Shown in pieces: positions 54,917 through 64,000 of a stretch of DNA of 64,000 nt. The DNA is from Octopus vulgaris (Eukaryota). The position numbers and the translations under genes were made by a program. Numbering within the stretch: position 1 is the stretch's first letter; every line of letters starts with the position of its first letter. The DNA lies in NCBI GenBank assembly GCA_951406725.2, contig OX597826.1, positions 32,426,001 through 32,490,000 of the forward strand. The letters are read 5' to 3'. A model generated the notes under the pieces. That model ran no database searches, was not told the origin of the DNA, and saw only the letters and a list, made by a program, of their open reading frames with translations.

Positions 54917-55944
54917 CTGTATTACAAATGTCTTGTTTTCATAAGTTTAGAATTAAAATCTTCCGCCAAACCTTAGTCACAATTTATGTTCCTAACACTA
55001 GCTTAATGATAACTAAGTTATTTTACTAAATTCTTTGCTATATCTAAAATTACTTGAAAGAAACACAGAGCATCTCAAAATAAATGCAGTAATGAAAGGG
55101 TTAAATTAAACTGTTCTGATGTCATTCATTTTATAATGGTTTTTAATGCAGAATATTTTCACAATAATTCTAATCAAATGAACTGCTTAAGTATTTTAAT
55201 TATTTTTGAAAATAATTCAAAATTTGAAGGATTTTATAAAAAAAAGTTTTCATTAATTTGTTTATTAAGTTGGTGTTTGCCAGGTAAATCATATTCCAAA
55301 CGCCAGCTATAACTATAGACTAGCTACATCATAATTTATTAACCTGCCAGATGAAATGCTCTGCTAACAACTACGAGCAAGTCTCAGTCCATTTTCAGAC
55401 ATGAAAAACAAGCTGAAAAACTACTGAATCAGAACCTCTATTTACAAAAACTTGAGGCAACTCACTTTTTCCCACCTAATATCATTGATCAATACTCTGA
55501 CATCATCCTTGGATTGATTGAAAACAACAACAACAAAAATCAAGCAATAAAAACTCCAAACCAGGTACATAATCCTGTTTATATATTATCTTCCTCCTGC
55601 TTCCGTTTCATAATTAATGAACTCGTTAAAGTCATTCTGTTCTCTAATGAATTCTTCCTATAATATATTTTTTTAAATATAACCCAAGAATTGCATATAT
55701 TCCAATCATTGCAATAATGCTAAACTGTTAGTTAATAATAAACTGCTCATCAATTAATAAACTGTTTATTAATAATATACTGAAGTATATTATACCGATC
55801 AGTGTATAGAACGAAATCCATTCTTTAGCTTTCGATAGAAAATCAGGAAAAAGAAACCCCCTTTGATCAATCTACTCCTAGTTGCACCTGTGAACCAAAT
55901 CAATACAAAATTACTCAATAATCCCAGCTATTGTCTTTTGTCTT

Positions 55945-56345
55945 TTATTTGTTACTTGTTTCAGTCAGCTGACTGCGACCATGCTGGAGCAGCACCTTGA
56001 AGAATTTTTGGGTGAATCTATCGAGTCCTCTACATGTTTTGTTTGATTTTTTTAAGCCTGGTAGTTACTCTATCAGTTTCTTTTACTGTGCTGCTAAGTT
56101 ACAGAGATGTAAATACACCAATACTGGTTGTCAAGGGGTGCAATGGGGAACAAACACAGACACAAAGACAATCACACACACATACAGGTTTCTTTCAGTT
56201 TCCATTTACCATTATCTCCTTATAAGGCCTTGGTTGGCTTGAGGCTATAGTAGAAAACACTTCCCCAAGGTGTCACATAGTGGGACTGAACTTAGAACTA
56301 TATAGTTTGGAAGCAAATTTCTTACCAGACACCCACATCTGTACC
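55945..56345 (-). mobile_element. Family A SINE, full length, diverged
   Basis: ttacttgtttcagtca...atgctggagc at left; cacttccccaaggtgtcacatagtgggactgaac at right. Confidence 0.8.
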
Positions 56346-57052
56346 TATACCTGGGTATAATCACACTATTTTGTATTTGATTTTAGCAGAAACAACTGGG
56401 GTGCGACATATACATGGGGGTGAAGCTAAAACAATAAAAAGAAAAAAAAACTGCACCAAAATTTAACACTAAATCAGAGAAGTGACTGTAACACAAATGT
56501 GACTTATACCTGAATAAATAAAGCAGTGGATGCGTAATCACAGGGATGTGAGTTCGAATCTCATGGATGGTTGCCAACACAATTTTCTGCAAAATATGGG
56601 TAGTTTATCCTGTTCATGCTATATTATTAGCATTATCCTGCATTTGAGAATAAAAGTATTTCCTTATTTATGAATAAATAGTTTTTATATTACATCTAAG
56701 TGAAGTTTTTTTAACAATATCATTTTTATTCAGTTCTGCCTTAAAATACACCCCATATCTGACTTAAACCAAACTTTGCCAAAAGGGTTTATAAAAGTGC
56801 TGTGTTTTAGTTTCAAATTCATATTTTTACTTATGCTAGTATAATGAGCTACAGGTGTTCCCATAGCAACAGTAACTATTAACTTTTTTTTTCATGTATC
56901 CTACACTCAGTTGATATGACTGTACCAACATCAACCACTCCCACTGCAGTAGTCATCATGGCTCCAGCCTCAGACATTGTGTGAAGGGACGAAACACATG
57001 TACAAACACACACACATACACACACACACGCTTGCTATTAATAGCACTTTAA

Positions 57053-57245
57053 AGGCAGTGAGTTGGTAGAATCATTAAAGTGTTGCATTTGTTACAGTTC
57101 TTTATGTTCTGAGTTCAAATCTTACTAAGGTCGACTTTGCCTTTCATTCCACCGAAATTGTTAAAATAAAATAAGGTACTTGTAAAGTACAGAGTTCGAT
57201 GGTATTGATTATTCCAGTCCTCCCCTTCTGCCTCAAATAGAAACA
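57053..57245 (+). mobile_element. Family B SINE
   Basis: gagttggtagaatcattaaag...ttctgagttcaaat...gtcgactttgcctttcat. Confidence 0.8.
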
Positions 57246-57903
57246 GTTATTAATGGCATTTTAAGGATTTATTTCTTACTTAGGCAAAGTAGACACAATA
57301 CAGTTAAATGGTTAAGAAATTTGCTTTGCAACTATGAAAATCTGGGTTCAATTCCATTGCCTGACATTTTAGGCAAATGTAATTTTCTTTACCCTCAGGT
57401 TGACCCTTACCGTATGAGAGAAACTGGATTGAAGGAAACTGTACAGAAGCTCATCAAATGGATTGTACCAGTAATTTACAAGGTATGGTCTTACCACATG
57501 CTTTGTCACACTGATTTCACCTGAAGATTATATTAAGGGTACTCACAAGTGTCTGTAGAATACTTAGCCATTTAAACATTAATTCAGGGGCTGGTAATTC
57601 AGTAGATCAAACAATTGAATCCTTATTGTCAAACAACAATGGAAATTCACAGAATTTCCTCTGCAAACATTAAAACTCACTGTCTACAGAGTGAATTTTA
57701 TCAATCTGGGAGGAACTACAAAAATTGGGGTTACTCTGAGTAAGTAGAAAGTTAATCAAAAATGAGAGGGAATAAAATACTATATTAAACGAAAACTTTA
57801 GAATAAGGATTTATGTCCAAATTTTCCTGAAGAATTATAAAAATGTAATAATGGACAAATAACTACATATACATTATATATGCATATACACACACACACA
57901 TAT

Positions 57904-57936
<33 letters not shown>

Positions 57937-57986
57937 TATACACACACACACGTATGTATATATCTATACATTCATACATATGTGTG

Positions 57987-58018
<32 letters not shown>

Positions 58019-58136
58019 TGTATATATATATTCATACATATGTGTGTATATATATATTTAAATATATACGTATGTATATATATGTGTGTGTGTATATATG
58101 TATATATATATACATATATATATAGAGAGAGAGATG

Positions 58137-58182
<46 letters not shown>

Positions 58183-58890
58183 GAAAGAGAGAGAGAGAGC
58201 AAAGGCTTCTTATTTATAAATAGTCGAGATATTTGGACCACAAATTCTAATTATAGAATAAATTCTTTTATAGCTAAAAGGGGATTTTTTTTCAAAACGA
58301 AACATCAAATTCAAAAAGACCAGATATTTTATAGGGGCAAAAATACCACAAAATTTTCTTGTTAAAATCAAAAAGATTTTTTCTGGAAAAATTAATATAA
58401 AATATATTAAATAAAGTAAATAACAAATAAAAATTGTAGAGATCAAAGGCTACAAGTGTAATATGTTTATGGAATAAGATGATTTGATATCAGTTATAGA
58501 TGTCCCTCTAACACCACCAGCAACCCAAAGAAACCCCATAAATATTTCTTCTGTGTTTTGATTTTCGAGTAAACTTCTCCTCCACCCATTTTATTCATTT
58601 ACTGAAAATGAACTTTTAACTCTTTGACTTTTGCTGACAGATCAAACCTTTAGTTACTCAGCTATTACACAACTTGCAACTCATCAGAAAGTTAAAGAGA
58701 CAAGAAATATACCAATAATATGTGTATGCATATATATATATATAACATTTCTATATTATATATATACATATATATCATCATCATCATATATATTACATTC
58801 ATATATTATATATATATATATATACAATATATATATATATTATTTGTATATTATATATATATATACATACATAGAGAGAAAGAGAGTGGG

Positions 58891-58963
<73 letters not shown>

Positions 58964-59410
58964 GAAGAAGAAGAAGGAGGTGGAGGAGAAGGAGGAAGAG
59001 AAGCAAGAAGAAGAAGAAGAAGACAAAGAAAATTATTAAAATCAATGACATATTTTGAAAAATACAAAAAAAAATTATATAAATAAAGAGAAAAAAAATA
59101 TCGTCTTTGAGTAAATGTTTTGGTTGTTGGTTTCTTGGAAGTTTCCCCATTTCTGCTAAGCTAAATCAATCATAAAATTCAAATACTGAAGATTTTTCTG
59201 TAACATTGATATTCTGAAACAAAGCATGGTAAGTACTGTGTAGATTTAGAAGACATTTATGGAGAAACGGTTTACAACAACAGTAAAAAGAAACAATAAC
59301 AACAACTGTTGTAGTGTTTGAGAAAAATTGCACAAAGAAAATTATGCAATATAGAAGTCTCTCTGAATGTGTATACTCTTTTTTCTGTGTGAGTTCCTGT
59401 GTGTGTATAA

Positions 59411-59414
<4 letters not shown>

Positions 59415-59477
<63 letters not shown>

Positions 59478-59509
59478 CACACATATATATATACACACAC
59501 ACATATATT

Positions 59510-59572
<63 letters not shown>

Positions 59573-59580
59573 AATTTGTG

Positions 59581-59624
<44 letters not shown>

Positions 59625-59820
59625 ATATACATATGTGTGTGTATATATATATATGTGTGTGAGTGTTATTATATATATATGTATATACATAAATGTATAT
59701 ATGCATATAAGTATATGCATATATATATATATATTTATATATATACATATATACATATTAATATAGATATGCACACACACATATGTAAGTATATGTAAAT
59801 ATATTTATGTATATATGTAC

Positions 59821-59851
<31 letters not shown>

Positions 59852-59861
59852 TATAAGTGTG

Positions 59862-59895
<34 letters not shown>

Positions 59896-59919
59896 TAAGT
59901 GTATGTATATATATGTGTG

Positions 59920-59955
<36 letters not shown>

Positions 59956-60053
59956 GCATATAAGTATATGCATATATATATACATTTATATATATATATA
60001 TATATACATATATACTTATTGATATATATATATATATATACATATATACTTAT

Positions 60054-60097
<44 letters not shown>

Positions 60098-60560
60098 CAC
60101 GTATGTAAGTATATGTAAATATATTTATACATATATGTACATATACGTGTGTGTATGTGTGTCTATGTGTGTATGCAAAAACATATATCAGTTCACGTGC
60201 TTTTTTAAGTGTGTGTTTGTGTGCGTGTTTGTGTGTGTGCATGCATGTGTGTGTGTGCATGTGTGTATGTGAGTGTGATTTTGCAAATACATGTCTATGT
60301 ACATCATCATCTGTGCAAATCTTTATCTATCTAGCAGTGTGCATTTATGTACATCTGTGTATATCTCGGGTTACTTCATTTTGTGTGTCTGATTGCATAG
60401 ATATTTATTGTATTGAAAAAAAAATTACAGACACAAATATATAGATATATATATATGTGTGTGTACATTCACATATGCATGTGTATGCATGTGTGTGTGT
60501 ATGTGTGTGCGTTTGTGTGCATGTGAGTGTAGGTGTGCAAGTGTGTGTGTATAGATGAAA
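59415..60560. repeat. TA/CA/TG microsatellite field
   Basis: Directly visible; similar fields at 11640-12390, 14200-14360, 33970-34910, 36210-37700, 44510-44760, 57860-58200. Confidence 0.95.
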
Positions 60561-61452
60561 GAAATATACTCTCTCTTGAGTTTTGGAATATAGAACACAC
60601 TTCGTTTCTCTGATATTGATCCAAATATTACCTGAGACAAACACTAGGTTGGTTTTCTATTGTTTTTTTTTGTTGTTGGTGTTTTTTTTTTGAAGCTTCC
60701 ATAATAAAGATAGTCTTCTTTAATTATCCATCGGAATGGATGGTTTTCTTTTCTTAATAATTTTTTGTTCTTCAGTTTTTCTAAGTTAAAAAGAACTTGT
60801 CTTTGGCTGCTGACAGAAATAAAGAACTCGGAAGAAACACACACACACACACACAGAGGAGAGAGAGGAAAGAGGGAGAGGGCGAAAGAGAAAAAGAGAC
60901 AGAGAAACAAAGGAAGGGTGAAGAGAGATACAGAGAGAAATAGTAAGAGGCAAAAGGAAAGAAAGAAAGAAAGAGAGAGAGAAAGAGAGAGGGAGAGATC
61001 AGAAAGTTCTGAAAAGAAAATACATTTTCCACTTATATCACATATTTTTTGTCATTTTAAGAAAAAGACAATAAAATGTGAAAAAGAAAATGACAAAAAT
61101 TGCAGAAGCAAATATTACAGAGTAAAGCTAGGGTGATGTAACAATCTTTATAATATCCTTGAACCAAAGCGATATCTCTTTGTTCTTTTCTTTTCTTTTT
61201 TATGTTGAAGCTAATAATTAGAATCAAGTTGTTTGCTAAATAAACATCTCCAAAGATGGAAACCTAAATCTCTCTCTCTCCCTCTCTGGCTTTGGATTTC
61301 CTGATTGTTATGTTTATTATGTATCCCAGCAACTCAATACAATGCCATGGAAAACATCCAAGAATCTTCACATTTCATACTTAAATTGGATTCTTGAACA
61401 AATGTTAAGGATTCCTATGATAATCTTCAGCTGTATACACAGAATGTAGGCA

Positions 61453-62070
61453 GGCACAGGCATGGCTTTGTGGTTAAGATGTTTGCTTTGGGACCATTTG
61501 GTTTTGAGTTCACTCTCATTGCACAGCATCTTGGTCAAGTGTCTTCTAGTATAGCTGCAGCCTGATGCATGAAATGTGAGTGAATTTGGTAGATGGAAAC
61601 TGTGAAGAAGCCTATTGCATATATATAAATATATACAAGCTGACTGGCTTTTATAAACAAATCTCAGGTCATCATCATCATCATCATTTAAAGTCCACTT
61701 TCCATGTCGGCATGGGTTAGATGGTTTGACGTGGAACTGGCTAGCAAGGAGCTGTCCCAGCTCCAGTTGTCTTTTGTGTTATGGTTTCTATGGCTGGATG
61801 ACCTTCCTAATGCCAACCACTTAACAGAATGAGCTGGGAGCTTTTTATGTGCCACTGGTACAGGGATGTTTACGCAGCTCTGGCACAGGTGTGTTTATAC
61901 AGCACCAGCACAGGTGTCTTTTAAGTGGCACTGGCACAGGTGTTTCTAAGTGGCACCCAAACCTGAAAGGGCAAACCTGTATGTGTGGAAGGCAGTGATT
62001 TTATTTAACTTGACATCTCTTATCAAAGTATAGCAAACCGCAACAGCTTCTGGTCCCTTGTCAGTTCCTC
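61453..62070. mobile_element. Family A SINE head (+, 61453-61620) and family C element (-, 61670-62070) with four ~26-bp internal repeats
   Basis: tggctttgtggttaag...ggtagatggaaactg; catcatttaaagtccactttccatg...ccttcctaatgccaacc; ggcacaggtg repeats at 61850-61960. Confidence 0.75.
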
Positions 62071-62483
62071 AAAGATTTATAATCTTGTGAAACTCAGGGA
62101 GGCACCAGAAACTGTTGCAAAGATATAAAAATTACTCTAGTGATATAATACTGATCACGTCATCAAAATCTTCAAGCTGTGAGATGCTCTTTCTGTTCTC
62201 AACCCATTTTTTCAACCAATTTTTCAAGTAATTTTATTTTTTATTCTCTTGTCCTTCGGAAGTGCTGAGTGATGGGGCATGTTATCAATGGGTTCCACAA
62301 ATATCACAACTTCATTTTGTCCAACAGATGACAAAGAAAGATGTGAAATGTCAACATTTGCACACTCATGCAGGAAAACACACACATGCATATATATACA
62401 AACATATACATATATACATGCATACATTACATACGTACACACATACACACTCACACACACACACACACACACAAACTCGCATA

Positions 62484-63027
62484 CACATGTGGAAATCACA
62501 GCCTACAAAGAGCAAAGACGTGGTATGAGAAAACCCCAGAAGGAATCACCGAGAATGTGAATTACAAAATCCTGTGGGATGCCAATGATCCAGCGTGATT
62601 CCCCAACCAGAAATCAGAAACTGGACATTGGGGTGAATAAAAAAGAAAGAACATGTATGATAATCGACATAGCATGCCCCAGTGACAGCAGGATCAAGAT
62701 GAAAGAAGAAGAAAAAATAAACAACTATGACGATTTGAAGTGGGAAATACGAAAGTTGTGGTCCATGAAGAGAGTAGAAATGATACCAATAGTAATTGGT
62801 GTACTTGGAAGTATCAGCACTCAACTACCAACATGGTGGATTAAGATTAGATGCAAGTGTGATGGTAGAACTCTTACAAAAATCAGCATTGCTTGGAACT
62901 GCAAGAATTCTTAGTAGTGTTCTTGAAGCGTGACCAGTACACAAGTGTCACCTTAGTCTGCTGGCTGTGGACAGCTGACACTTGCCATCATACCCAGCAA
63001 GATAAGCTGTGAGTTTTCATATTAAAA
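62484..63027 (+). mobile_element. 5'-truncated R4/Dong-like non-LTR retrotransposon (restriction-like endonuclease domain) with (AAT)n tail
   Basis: WYEKTPEGITENVNYKILWD / KLDIGVNKKERTCMIIDIACPSD..KEEEKINNYDDLKWEIRKLW..IPIVIGVLG / LQKSALLGTARILSSVLEA* (stop 62931-62933), two frameshifts. Confidence 0.9.
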
Positions 63028-63069
63028 AATAATAATAATAATAATAATAATAATGATAATAATAATAAT

Positions 63070-63409
63070 GAGATAATTGACTTTACTGTACCAAATGAGG
63101 AGAAAATCAATATGAGATGTATAGAGAAAATAGCAAATCACCAGGACTTAGCAATTGAATTACAGAAACTATGGGAAGTTCAGATAAAATGAATCCCAGT
63201 AGATATAGATGAATTGGGAATAATCCCTAAAGATTTGAAGAGATGGATAGAGGAAAAAGGCATAAACCCAGTTTAATACAGCTCCAGAAAATTGTGTTAA
63301 TAGGGAGAGCTAGGATACTTAGGAGGGTTCTTGGCAACTAAGGTTACTTGTTGTTGGCCGATGATAGGAATATTTCTTTTCAAACAGTCTAATCTGTTGT
63401 GAGTATATG
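63070..63409 (+). mobile_element. Second, distinct R4/Dong-like 3' fragment with (AAT)n tail
   Basis: IIDFTVPNEEKINMRCIEKIANHQDLAIELQKLWEV...LGIIPKDLKRW...LQKIVLIGRARILRRVLGN* (stop 63339-63341); flanked by (AAT)n on both sides. Confidence 0.85.
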
Positions 63410-63455
63410 AATAATAATAATAATAATAATAATAATGATAATAATAATAATAATA

Positions 63456-63510
<55 letters not shown>

Positions 63511-63595
63511 GGATAATAATAATTATAATAATAATAATGATGACAATAATAATTATAATAATAATAATGATGATGATGATAATAATAATAATAAC

Positions 63596-63633
<38 letters not shown>

Positions 63634-64000
63634 CGATGACAATGAATATGATCATGGTGATGATGATGACAAAAATAAGAATATGACAGTGGTTTTATAT
63701 ATTGACTATATTTGTGATATGTTTAATTGATTGCTATACAATGTAATTCTTATACATAACACCTTAGACCTGCTAGATATGAAAATAATACATTAAGTGG
63801 ATGAAATATCTTTAACAGTATTCTGAAGAATATTCTCTCAAGAGGAAAACCGAAATATAAAATATAATGGCTGTAATTTTTGTCAGACTTTTTTTTTTAT
63901 ATTTAGTTGATATAGATATTGTTGTTATTGTTGGTGGTGGTGAATAGCTTAAATTATTTTATGTTTTACTTGAAGCGTCAACAATTCTCGGCAATCAGTA

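Larger units (their letters stand above)
54585..55100. mobile_element. piggyBac-type MITE 2, interrupted by a SINE
   Basis: TTAA CCCTTT ... AAAGGG TTAA (55101-55104); shares its left TTAA with MITE 1. Confidence 0.85.

Noticed and set aside
56520-56575. tRNA-like B box GAGTTCGAATCTC
   Set aside because: No A box or cloverleaf; at most a SINE or tRNA fragment
63389-63730. Poly-Asn/poly-Ile ORFs
   Set aside because: Translation of the (AAT)n tail or target of the R4-like elements

Overview
Eukaryotic, very AT-rich, repeat-dense non-coding DNA, most likely an intron or intergenic block of an octopus (coleoid cephalopod) genome. The taxon is inferred from memory of the SINE families and the extreme TA/CA/AAT/ATCT microsatellite load, not from a database search. 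No complete host protein-coding gene can be supported, and nearly all listed ORFs are microsatellite artefacts. Supported content: at least five short interspersed repeat families in many copies (three with tRNA-like heads); decayed retrotransposon coding remnants (Penelope-like GIY-YIG, RTE, CR1-like, two R4/Dong-like); and piggyBac-type (TTAA) and hAT-type MITEs. Best second-look items: (1) a tRNA-headed SINE carrying a hammerhead-ribozyme-like core, flanked by an 18-bp target-site duplication and nested in a tandem pair of TTAA MITEs; (2) two more hammerhead-like cores near 2.3-2.6 kb; (3) a 31-bp-periodic array of eight CAGGTAA motifs with divergent spacers; (4) a LINE 3' end matching the tail of the commonest SINE; (5) several weak minus-strand exon candidates. 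Repeat boundaries were placed by eye and are approximate.
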